From NCBI GenBank assembly GCA_951406725.2, contig OX597837.1, forward strand, positions 20,584,001-20,648,000: 64,000 nt of DNA, written 5' to 3'. The notes below the pieces were generated by a model. That model was given only the letters and a program-made list of their open reading frames with translations. It ran no database searches and had not been told where the DNA came from. Shown here piece after piece: positions 40,788-53,900 of the stretch (positions within the stretch are counted from its first letter, which is position 1; each line of letters begins with the position of its first letter). Source of the stretch: Octopus vulgaris. Its lineage: Eukaryota. The position numbers and the translations under genes were made by a program.

Positions 40788-42026
40788 CACACATATATAT
40801 ACATACATACATAGAAAGATAGACAGACACGCCTTTAATGCATCTAAGTACGTACTATGTGTGTATATCTGTTGCTTAAGAATTATATCAATGGTACGTA
40901 ACGCCCACAGAGCACACCGCAGGACCTGAGGCGTCGAAACTGCTAAACTCGTTTGTGGGAAAGCTGATGAGGGTTAATTTTTTTTCTTCAAATGCAATGT
41001 AATCGCTTATGCCCATACCGTTAATTTGTGTGTGTGTGTGCGCGTGTGCACACAATACATATATGTGTGTGTGTGTGTGTGTGTGTTTGTGTATATTTAT
41101 ATATGTATATATATATGTATATGTATACACACACACACATCTACACTTATATATGCATATAGAAACACGAACACCTTATATGTGCATGCACGCGTACAAA
41201 TATATGTATAGGTACATATATATATGTAAGTATTATTAGACACACACACACACACACTCACACATACATATATATATATATACAGAAACACACATACAAT
41301 GACGTATACAAATATACGTACGTAAATATATTTATGTATTTATGTGTGAGTGTATATATTATACATAGATCTTTACACGTGTGTGTGTGTATATAAATAT
41401 ATATAGTATGCATATGTGTGTGTGTATGTTTACACACACACTCATAGTTAATTACACACTCCATGCTATAAAATTTCTCTCTCCCACACACGCGCGCGCG
41501 CGCAAGTATATATATAATATGTATACACGCACTGAAGGCCTAACACATATGTACACAAATAGATATGTATGTATATTCAGAACTGTATACTGGCTGGCAC
41601 ATGTATGTGAGATGTGCCAGAAGTAGTGCATTCGTACTTGTCAGTGGTTATATATAATGTAAGAACAAATAAATAAATATAATATATAAAAAAACAAATA
41701 CAGCTTTAAGAGAAAGTAAGGACGGCCGGCAAGACAACAAAGTTGCAATTGTAACTTCTGTTTTCTTTAGCAAAACCTGATCTAACTTGACATACTTATC
41801 AAGAGTGGGGCAGCAAAAAAGTTTGGTTCGCGGCGAATTGAGGTCGCTTTGCGGTTCAGATAACACGTCTAGAATAGATTCTTTTCAGAGCATTTTATTC
41901 CATTTTACAGCTATACACCATTCAAGCAATTCAAAGTACTGTGAATAAAAAGATAATAATAATAAGTTTAAATTGGTGGTGGTTGTCGTGCGAAGAACAT
42001 AAACGTCCCAGAGAGTATTTAGGCTA

Positions 42027-42600
42027 GGCGGCGAGCTGGCAGAACCGTTAGCACGCCGGGCAAAATGCTTCGCGGTATTTCGTCCGCCGTTACGTTCTGA
42101 GTTCAAATTCCGCCGAGGTCGACTTTGCCTTTAGTCCTTTAGGGGTCGATAAATTAAGCACCAGTTATGCACTGGGGTCGATGTAATCGACTTGAACCGT
42201 TTGTTTGTCCCCTCTGTGTTTAGCCCCTTGTGGGTAGTTAAGAAATAGGTATTTTGTCTGTGTTTACGTTCTGAGTTCAAATTCCGCCGAGATCGAATTT
42301 ACCTTTCATCCTTTCGGGGTCGATACATAAAGGACCAGTTACGCACTGGGGTCGATATAATCGACTTAATCCGTTTGTCTGTACTTGTTCGTTCCCTCTA
42401 TGTTTAGCCCCTTGTGGGCAGTGAAGAAATAAGCATTTTGTCTGTGCTTACGTTCTGAGTTCAAATACCGCCGAGATCGACTTTACCTTTCATCCTTTCG
42501 GGCTCGATAAATTAAGTACCAGTTGTGTACTGGGTCGATCTAATCGACTGTCCCCCTCCCCACTCAAAAATATTTCGGGCCTTGTGCCTAGATTAGAAAG
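42027..42600 (+). mobile_element. SINE family A head-to-tail trimer
   Basis: Junctions lie at about 42248 (aagaaata|ggtattttgtctg) and 42432 (aagaaata|agcattttgtctg). The third unit ends with the alternative tail. Confidence 0.9.
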
Positions 42601-42744
42601 TAAGCCCAGTGTGTGGGTGTTCACTTGTGTGCATACCTGTAAAACACCTAATCTGCATTGTATAAATATGTAATATAAATATATGCATATATACATACAT
42701 ATATGTACATACCTATATCTATGTGTATATATGCATGCATATAT

Positions 42745-43040
42745 GGGTACAGGACATAAAAAAACGTAGACAAAAATGAGAAACGAGAACATAAAAAACA
42801 TAGAAAACGAACTTTTTTCGAAGAATGAAAAAACAAACAAACAGAGAAACAAGACATGCAACATAAAGAACATTCCCTTCATCAGTTGTCCCTGTTTAAT
42901 CTACTCTGCGTTTCGAAAGTAAGGACAAGATGCGATTTCATTAAAACAGTCCTTCTCGCAAAGCAAATTAAATAGAATTTAAGATTTTTTGCGGAGGGTG
43001 AAAGCGGTAACAAAAACAGGACAGTGAGAACAAAACAGTA
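42745..43040. mobile_element. Dispersed repeat (possibly Penelope-like end), homologous to 15100-15200
   Basis: Shares gggtacaggacat..aaaaaa..aatgagaaac..aaacgaactttttt with the 15.1-kb copy. The class assignment is inference. Confidence 0.5.
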
Positions 43041-43042
43041 TG

Positions 43043-43410
<368 letters not shown>

Positions 43411-44029
43411 CAAAAAAAAAAAAAAAAAAAAATATATACACATATATATATTCATACATATATATAGCTTCAGTTAATCATAAATTTGAAAGAGAAACAT
43501 ACTCCAGGTTATAGAACAGTAGAGTAAAGATAGTTATGGCTGGTCTATGGTTGACCCCTCTCGGTTTCACATTCACAAAGCGCTCAGCTTCACACTGTTT
43601 CTTCAGAACCAGACCCTAGAGTCAGAAGGAACATGGCATTCCATCGTGGCCCATTTGATCTGATCAATGAAACAGCTTGCTCATGAGATTAAAGTGCAAG
43701 TGACTGAGCACTCCCCAGGGCACTCGTACCCTTAATGTAGTCCTCAGCTTATTTCTGCTAGCTGAGTGAACTGGAGCAATGTGAAATAAAGTGTCTTGCC
43801 CAAGGACATGAACACACTGCCATGAATCGAACTGATGACCTTACAATCATGAGCTGAATACCCCAACCAATAACACACATGCCTTTATATATAATATAAT
43901 ATAATATAATATAATATACAAGGAGTGCCCCAACATGGCCACAATCTTTAGGCTGAAACACATAAAAGAATACAAGAATATATGTACACATACTTAACGA
44001 TGTGTGTGTGTGTGTGTATATACATATAT

Positions 44030-44254
44030 ATTCTTTTACTTGCTTCAGTCATTTGACTGCGGCCATGCTGGAGCACAGTCTCAAAGGGGTTTTAGTCGAA
44101 GAAATTGACCAGAGGACTTAGTCTTTGTAAGCCTAGTACTTATTCTATCAGTTGCTTTTGCTGAACCACTAAGTTACAGAGACATAAACACACCGGCATC
44201 AGCCATCAAGCGATGGTGGGGTGAACAAATACAGACACAAAGACACACAAACAC

Positions 44255-44340
<86 letters not shown>

Positions 44341-44492
44341 GGGCTTTTTTTTCAGTTTCCATCTACCAAATCCACTGACAAAGCTTTGGTCAGCCTGAGG
44401 CTATAGTAGAAGATACTTGTTCAAGGTGCCATGCAATGGGACTGAACCCAGAACCATGTGGTCAGGAAACAAGCTTCTTACCGCACAGCCAC
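44030..44492 (-). mobile_element. SINE family B copy
   Basis: Reverse complement of the consensus with an expanded internal (TA)n. Confidence 0.88.
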
Positions 44493-45158
44493 TTATATTT
44501 ATAAAGACACACGCACATATATATTGTAAACATATGTATTATCTTTTTACTTATTTCAATCATCAGACACCAAGCTGCTACTAGTATAGGAATGTAAACA
44601 AACCATCTCCAACTGTCGAGCAATGTGAAGAACAAACAAAAATAGACTTAGATATATATATATATATATACACATACATATATACGACAAGCTTCCTCAC
44701 ATCTAGAATTTCATTAACAAGACTGGTTCGCTTGAAGCTATAGTGGCACACATATGTACAAGATGCCATGCAGTGGGACACTAAACCTGAAAGTATGTGA
44801 GTGTATATCAGTCAAAAAGATGCCTCCACCTGTAACATACATACATGTGTAATCGCAAATCCAACCATAGCTTTGGTACGAAGGAAACTGAAAGAAGCCT
44901 ATTGTATATGTACATGAGTGTGCGTTTCCTACTGTCTCCCTTCTTTGCCTTTGTGTGATAGTTGTTAACAATTATCATTGACAATCATGTGGTCGCTTTC
45001 ATTTCCAAACATCCATTAATACATTTCTGGTCACAAGGAAATGCTTCCTCACTTGGAATGATGAGGGTTGACAATAAGAAGGGCATACAGATGTAGAAAA
45101 ATGCACTTCAACTCCATCTGACTAATGTGAGCATGGAAAGGTATACATCACAACCATG

Positions 45159-45196
<38 letters not shown>

Positions 45197-45214
45197 ACAG
45201 ATATAGATACGTAC

Positions 45215-45245
<31 letters not shown>

Positions 45246-45444
45246 TATATCTGTATATATGTGTGTGTGTGTGTACAGATATAGATACGTACATATATAT
45301 ATATATATATATACATATATATATCTGTATATATGTGTGTGTGTGTGTACAGATATAGATACGTACATATATATATATACATATATATATCTGTATATAT
45401 GTGTGTGTGTGTACAGATATAGATACGTACATATAAATATATAT

Positions 45445-45697
45445 ACATCATCATCATCATCATCATCATTTAGCGTCCGTTTTCCATGCTAGCATGGGTT
45501 GGACGGTTCAACTGGGGTCTGGGGAGCCCGAAAGGCTGCACCAGGCCAGTCAGATCTGGCAGTGTTTCTACAGCTGGATGCCCTTCCTAACGCCAACCAC
45601 TCCGAGAGTGTAGTAGGTGATTTTATGTGCCACCGACACAGGTGCCAGACGAGGCTGGCGAACGGCCACGCTCGGATGGTGTTTTTATGTGCCACCG

Positions 45698-45701
<4 letters not shown>
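45445..45701 (-). mobile_element. SINE family E 3' part with RTE-related tail and (ATG)n end
   Basis: The minus strand has ggttggcgttaggaagggcatccagctgtagaaac...gcatggaaaacggacgctaaa(tga)n. Degenerate relatives lie at about 45060-45160 (+), 47465-47525 (-) and 48545-48670 (-). Confidence 0.75.
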
Positions 45702-45741
<40 letters not shown>

Positions 45742-46026
45742 GTACACAGATATAGATACGTACATATATACGTATATATACATATATATATATATATCTA
45801 CATATACATATATATATATATCAATATATATACATACATATATATATTTATATATACATACATACACATAGATATATATACATACATATATATATATACA
45901 TGTATATATATAAATATAGATATAAATATATATAAATATATTTATACATATATATATATATGTATATATACATACGTATGTATATATATCTATGTGACAT
46001 GCATGTACATATATATATGCATGTAC

Positions 46027-46057
<31 letters not shown>

Positions 46058-46404
46058 TATATACACACATATATTATGTATATATATATACACACACACA
46101 CATATATATATATACACGCACAAATATATGTAAATATAAGCACATGTATATACCGCATGAGGAAAATTACCCACCGAGGAGTATTCAACCCCCCCCCATA
46201 GGAGAATTTTCCACAATGACAACTACCCCCTAGGACAATTACACCGCCTTGGTTAATTACCCCCTCTCTCATATATTGAGAAGTTTTTAATCATCATGTG
46301 TTGTCCTCAGGGGTAATTAGCATTGAAGGTACTCAATACATAGCAGAGTAAAATTATTTATTATAGAAGGGTACAGTACTAGTCCTGTAGAAGCTCCTTC
46401 TATA

Positions 46405-46458
<54 letters not shown>

Positions 46459-46515
46459 ATATATATATGTATATACATACATACACATATATATGCATGT
46501 ATATATACACATATA

Positions 46516-46566
<51 letters not shown>

Positions 46567-46732
46567 GTATATATATACATACATACATGTATATATATAC
46601 ATATATGTATGCATGTATATATATATATATATACTTACATACATATATGTAAGCATGTATATATATATATACATACATACATATATATATATACATATAT
46701 GTATGCATGTATATGTATACATACATACATAC

Positions 46733-46773
<41 letters not shown>

Positions 46774-47023
46774 CATATGTGTATATTATATATACATCTG
46801 CAACTTGCTGGAACAACATCTAGACAAGAACACATGCTAACACATATATACATACATACACATGCATAGAATAGGCTTCCTTCAGTTTCCATTACTCACA
46901 AGACTTTGGTCACCATGGTGCCAAACTCTCATTCAAGAAACTATGTGCAGTGGAACCAAACCAAAAACCACATGTTGGGGAAGAAAGATTATTTCTTTTA
47001 TCACATTATAGTTTTGTTATATA

Positions 47024-47077
<54 letters not shown>

Positions 47078-47715
47078 TACATATATATACACATATACAT
47101 TATATATATACATATATATATACACACACACACACATACATACATATACATACACATATACATTATATATATATATATCTATATATACACACACACATAC
47201 ATATACATACACATATACATTATATATATATATATATACATTATATATATATATACACACACACACACACATATACATTATATATATATATACACACACA
47301 CACATACATATACATATATATACACATATACATGATATATATATATATATATATACTCATATATATAGATACATATATATACACACATATATATATACAT
47401 ATACATATAGCATATATATATATATATATACATATATACACACACACACATATATATATATATCACTAACATTGTTTAACGTCCGTTTTCCATGCTGGCA
47501 TGGGTTGAACGGTTTGACTGGATTTTTATACATTTCGATATATTCACTCACACACACACACATATATGTATGTACATATGTATTCTAGGTGACAACTTTG
47601 AAACCACCAATATTCAGCTACTTACACTAAAAGAACTCAAAGACTGCACTTTTAGTGAATAAAACAATTCAGAATCGTTAGGCAAACAAAATATATGTGC
47701 ACTCCCCCACCCACG

Positions 47716-47763
<48 letters not shown>

Positions 47764-47843
47764 TATATGTGTGTGTGTGTGTATATATTTATATATTTAT
47801 ATAAGTACCATAAGTACTATATATATGCATGAATATATAAATA

Positions 47844-47903
<60 letters not shown>

Positions 47904-47955
47904 CATGTGTGTAACCAGTGCGAGCATGAAAAACAGACGTTGAATGATGATGATG

Positions 47956-47991
<36 letters not shown>

Positions 47992-48205
47992 CTAACAGTC
48001 TGGATGTTTTGCATTCTTGTCCCATTTTTCTATTTTATATACATGTGTATATTATATACACACACACACACATAAATATATAGGATACATAAGAAAAATG
48101 TACAATGTACTGTGATTGACTCATTCAACTAATCCCCTCTTAAAAGCAGTGCCCCAGCATAGCCACAGAGTAATGATTAAAACAAGCCAAAGAAAAGTAA
48201 AGTGC

Positions 48206-48245
<40 letters not shown>

Positions 48246-49251
48246 GAGAGAGATGGCATTTTTACAAACAACAAAGGACAGAAACATTTTTACTAAAATC
48301 TCAAAGTAGTACAGCACCAAGTTAAGGTAGACTTGTCCGCTAGAAATCTCTCTTTCCCTCATACATGCAGCTCTAGATTACTACCCTAACTTGCTATGCA
48401 TCTAGGGAATGATCATTAACTATTTTGGAGGTTTCAAATCATGGGGCTGATCCTCATTATAACAGCTACTGATAAAGAAATCGGGGGGCCTAGAATGCAG
48501 TCAAGCAGCCAACAACTAGAATGCAGTCAAGTAATCACCATCATTGTTGTGTTAATTTCAACTTTTCCATGCTTGCAAAGAGTTGGACAGAATTTTATTG
48601 AGGTAGGTTTTCTCCCTTTGGTGCCCTTTTCTGTCATGTCACCAAACCTTACTCTTTTCCATGCAAGGTAATACTTTTCCCATTTTCCAGGTGTGTTTTC
48701 ACACAATATCGGAAATGAATGACACCTCTTGTATGACAGTGACATTCATTTACAACTATCATGTGATGCTAAGACAAGGACACACACAAACACACACACC
48801 CATGCCTGTCGCTAAGGGTGTACACTGACTGGCACTTCCCCCTCACTATTCAATGATACACTTATTTCAAAACTCCACTTTGCCATTATTACAAATTAAT
48901 GCCCACCCAGAATATTCTGAAGCAACCCAGGTGCCAAAGTCTGGTGATGGGATGCACTTCACAAATATATATGATAACACACAATCCTGCACATTCATGC
49001 AGGCTTGCATCAAGCAAGTAAAAGGCCCAGATTAGATGTGAAATATAAGCTTCATTTGAAATTCCTCAATACTTTTGCTAAATGCACATGATTTATGCAT
49101 GTATAACCTTCATGCGTATATTATATGTATGCACGTGTGTAGCATACATCATGTTTTTAAGAGTAACAAAGGTTTAATGTTTTGGAAGTTTAAATGAAAA
49201 GGATTAAAAAAAAATCAAGTATTTTAACAAAATGTTTATTTAACCATTTCA

Positions 49252-50142
49252 CCCTATTGATACGAACCCACCTGAAGCCATCCTTCATTCTCTGATACGA
49301 ACCTCTAGTTTTAAATTAATCTAAGTTAAAATCTTCCACCAAAATTTCAGGTTAATTTTTGGTCCAAACACAGTTTAATAATATCAGTTGAGTAGAATTT
49401 TCATTATTTTTTAAATTAATTGAATAAAAGTTGGTATATTTCAATAGAAATATGGTAACGATAGGGTTAATGCTTTATCTTCTCAATTTGACCATTAATT
49501 CTTCGTTTGGCCTGCATCTGTTGTTTAACCCTTTCATTACCAACCAGGCTGAAACCGGCTCCCTCTGAGTACAAATGCCTTGTTTTCATAAGTTTTGAAT
49601 TAAAATCTTCGATCAAACTTTAGTCACAATTTATGTTCCTAACACTAGCTGAATGATAACCAAGTTATTTTACTAAATTCTTTGTTATATTGAAAGTAAT
49701 TGAAAGAAACACAGAGCATCTCAAAATTAATACAGTAACGAAAGGGTTTAAATACATTATTCCTGTTTGTTTTGGCCTGATATAACCTCATGCAAGCATG
49801 CACTCTTGTGCATACACACATGCATGCATGCATGAATGAGCTCTGTAGAATCCAGGACCAAAAAATGAGGAACATTTTACAGTACCAGGATTTGATTGCA
49901 AGTGAAGAAACAATATAACTTTAATTCCCATAATTTAATTAACCTTTTCATATTCAAACCAGCCATATCTGGTCCAAATATTCTACCTGTTTTATACTGA
50001 AAGTAGCCAGATCCAGCCTCTCACACCTACCCTACAATGCCATTCTAAAAGTAAACAACCACATCATTGAAATCCCAAAGCTATGAGATAATGCATAATT
50101 CAAAGCAATGTGAATTAACTGAACGATCTCAATGCTAAAGGG
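49252..50142. mobile_element. Cluster of three ~200-bp piggyBac-like MITEs (49252-49466, 49529-49746, 49943-50142)
   Basis: CC(C/T)T... / ...AGGG termini with ~12-bp imperfect TIRs (e.g. ccctttcattac / gtaacgaaaggg). Flanks are TTAA or one-mismatch TTAA. Confidence 0.75.
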
Positions 50143-50317
50143 TTAAACCACCCTTTTTATTGTCTACATGTTTCAGCCATTGAACTGTAACAAGACTGAG
50201 GCAACACCTTGAGTAGTTTACTCAAACAAATCAACTCCAGAGCCTATTTTAAAACCTGGTATTTATTTTATTGGTCTCTATTGCTGAACTGCTAATTTAC
50301 AGAAATGTAAACAGATG

Positions 50318-50739
50318 CAGGCGTGGCTGTGTGGTAAGTAGTTTGCTTACCAGCCATATGGTTCTGGGTTCAATCCCACTGCGTGGTAACTTGGGCAAGT
50401 GTCTTCTAATACACCTTCGGACCGACCAAAGACTTGTGAGTGGATTTGGTAGATGGAAATTGAAAGAAGCCTGTCGTATGTGTGTGTGTGTGTGTGTGTG
50501 TGTGAGTGCGCGCGCCCACCATCGCTTGACAACTGATGCTGGTGTGTTTAGGTCCCCGTAACTTAGCGGTTCGGCAAAAACAGACCGATAGTATAAGTAC
50601 TAGGCTTATAAAGAATAAATTCTGGGATCGATATGTTCGACTAAAGGCAGTGCTCCAGCATGGCCGCAGTCAGATGACCGAAACAAGTAAAAGAAATTTT
50701 TTAAAAAACCAACACCTGTTGTCAAGCAGCGATGGGGGA

Positions 50740-50797
<58 letters not shown>

Positions 50798-50945
50798 GGG
50801 CTTCTTTCAGTTTCAGTCCACCAAATCCACCCACGAGCTTTTGGTCAGTCCAGGGCCAAAGTAGAAGATAGTTGTCTTAAGTGTAAAGCAGTGGGACTGA
50901 ACCTGGAACCAAGTGGTTGGGATGCAGATCTTCTTACCATACAGC
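50318..50945. mobile_element. Two family B SINEs tail-to-tail (+ 50318-50695; - 50705-50945)
   Basis: Both match the consensus, in opposite orientations. Further copies at about 51875-52030 (-), 54040-54195 (-) and 54480-54825 (+). Confidence 0.85.
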
Positions 50946-53900
50946 CAGGCCCCAAGGCGGGAGAGATAACACCAGAACATCAAAGCTAAACATTACATCA
51001 ACAACACACAAACAGCATACATAAGAATGATCAAAAGCATTCTATCTGTGACCATCCCAGCTTTGTCCCAGTCATAATGAACCCATGTCCGTGGGAACAG
51101 CGTATGATCTGAAGGGAATTTGGCTATTATGTCAAGCGAATTGAATTGCACTGTTGTATTCTCTCATCAATTTGCTTCAGTACACAGACACACACACATC
51201 TCCCCTCTTACACATAAAAGTTAGATGGGTAGATCGTCAGCTTACTTTCTTACACAACTTTTATGAGTATTTGCACCACATAGTCATTCAAACGTGCGCG
51301 TTTTATGTGAGAATTTAATAGAACAAGCATATATAATTTCTAGTTTCCTATAAATCTAGGGTTCTTTTACTATTGGTACTCTTATGTACAAACCATGTTA
51401 TACATATATATATTTATATATATACGCATAAATGTACGAATATAAACATATAGACACAAAAATCCATATATATATATATATGCATATTCATATTCACATA
51501 TATACAAACACATACATTTACAAACTCACATACACACACATATACATATGTATATATACACACATACACATCACTTGGTGTTTGTGTGAATGTTTGTAAT
51601 TGTGTACATGTGTGACCTTTGTTGTTCAGGTTAGACCTAAGCAAGCCGACCAATGACCAAAAGAGCTCCCGCTGTGAATTATCCCATCTTTGCGAATATC
51701 GAGGAATGCAATACCTAACGTGTTTTAAAGGATATTAAACCTGCTATTTCTAGCAGCTGGGATTTTTTCAACACACACGTACATACACGTGTAATGATCC
51801 ATATTTTCCTTTATATCTTTTATCGTTTCTTGTTTCAATCATGGAAGCACGAAGATACGCACACACACACATACTACGGGCTTCTTTCAGTTTCTATCTA
51901 CCAGATCCACTGACAAGACTTGGGTTGGTCAGTCACTACAACAGAGTACACTTACCCAAAGTTCCACGCAGTGGAACTGAAACCAAAACCGCATGATTGG
52001 GAAGCAAGTTCCTTACCACATAGCTTACACCTAAATGATTGTGTCTCACCCACATCAGCCACCACAGAGTAGCAACGTAAAGCGAAACACACGTGTTAAA
52101 TGGACCAAGGGTTAGATGTAAAAGCCAAGAACTTTCGTAATGAAAGTCCATATCTTGTAAATCGTGCTTTTTTATTTTTATTTTCCACAGAACTTTTCAA
52201 GAAATATTAAGCATTCGTCTCGGCTATAATTGTAGTTTTTTACGAGTTTAATTCACAGGGCACCAAATGATCAGACACATCTATCTTTCAATGTCTCCTC
52301 TGTCTCTCACCAAATGACACATCTATCTCTCAATGTCTCCTCTCTGTGTGTGTGTGTGTGTGTGTATCCGAGACAGACAACCAGACAGAAGATATCTAGC
52401 ACGAAAGAAAAAAAAAAACTAAACCAAATGCAGAGGTGCAGTAGAACCGTATCACAAAGCGACGAAAATTTTGACATCAAATAATGTGTTTTAGTGGAAG
52501 TTATTGAACGGTTAATAATGTCTTCCACGCTGTAATTGTTTTACTTTCAGCACATGGTCTCGGATTAGATCAATTGCCTGGCAAGCACACTTCGGAAAAT
52601 ATATCAATTTCATTACAATCAAGAAGCTATGAAAGTGACGTAAGGACCTTAACATTTCGTGTCAAACCACTTATGAAAAGCAAGGCTTCTCACCATAAAT
52701 AAACACACACTCAAACCAGTCGTGTTATTCTGGATATAGTCGCAAGATGGGGTACTGGTGCACTGGGTTTGGCGTGCTGAGCAGAATAATTATATGGTTT
52801 CGAAACAAATTAAGACTAGATAATATCGTGATACTACAATAACAGACTTCATATTGAGAACTTGAAGAATACAGGAAATCACTGCTCGCTCTACGGGCCT
52901 GATTTTTAACATTAAAAAAACAAAAAATTCTAGTAATCTTCTCGCTATTCGATCTCACTGTCCGCCTAGTACTATGTTAACGATACAACTAGATGTGTGG
53001 GGAATGCAACAACTGCTATAATATCTCAGAACAAGGAATAGAAAATTCATTTGTCATAATAAAATATAATTAATATGGCGAGGCAGTGGAGGATTTGCAG
53101 CGCATATCAAACACCAAGAATAAATGTCTACACACACATATGGTCACACATCCATGTATGAACACGTGTATAATATCCGATAATCTGGTCGATCCAGTGA
53201 TGTTCTGATGTATACACACACACATATGTATCTATATATACCCATACATATGTACATACATAACTACATCTATACCTGTGTATATTTTATATACTCACAT
53301 AAAGATACAAATGTGTGTGTATATATGTACATACATTCATACATACAAACACGAAAAAGAGTGTATAAATAGCCGTTTATCCTGTTTGGATCTGATTCGC
53401 TTTAATTTTAATTAACACGGTATCTGATGTATGTACACACACGTGTGTGTGTGTCGCGCGAGCGTACATATGCACGCATGATTTCAGAGACGACTATAAG
53501 ACTATGAATTGAAACACAAATGGATTTTATACAAATAGTAAAGTACTCGAGCAAAACATGACTGAAAACGCCTGGAGCAGACACAATAGAAGAAATGAAA
53601 TGTTATTCGACGTCGTAACATCACGAAAACCCACCGAGGAAGACAAGTTTTACTGCTAAAATGACCAAGCACCTTCATGCGTGGCACGTTCTGGGAAGTA
53701 TTAAACGAGTCAACGAGGCAGCGTTGAAGCAAAATATCCCTATCAGACTCTCCACCCTCTTCGAAATCAAGGATGTTGTGGATCGTGTAATTCCTAGATA
53801 TATTATTCCTTTTCACCATTTACCTGTAAATGAACGAACCTCCACCAGTTGTCAAATGGTGGTGGGACACACATACATATGTAATTTTGGGGGACAGATG

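Noticed and set aside
52261-52345. ~47-bp direct duplication (similar short ones at 7821-7875 and 48490-48531)
   Set aside because: Ordinary local tandem duplications with no further structure.
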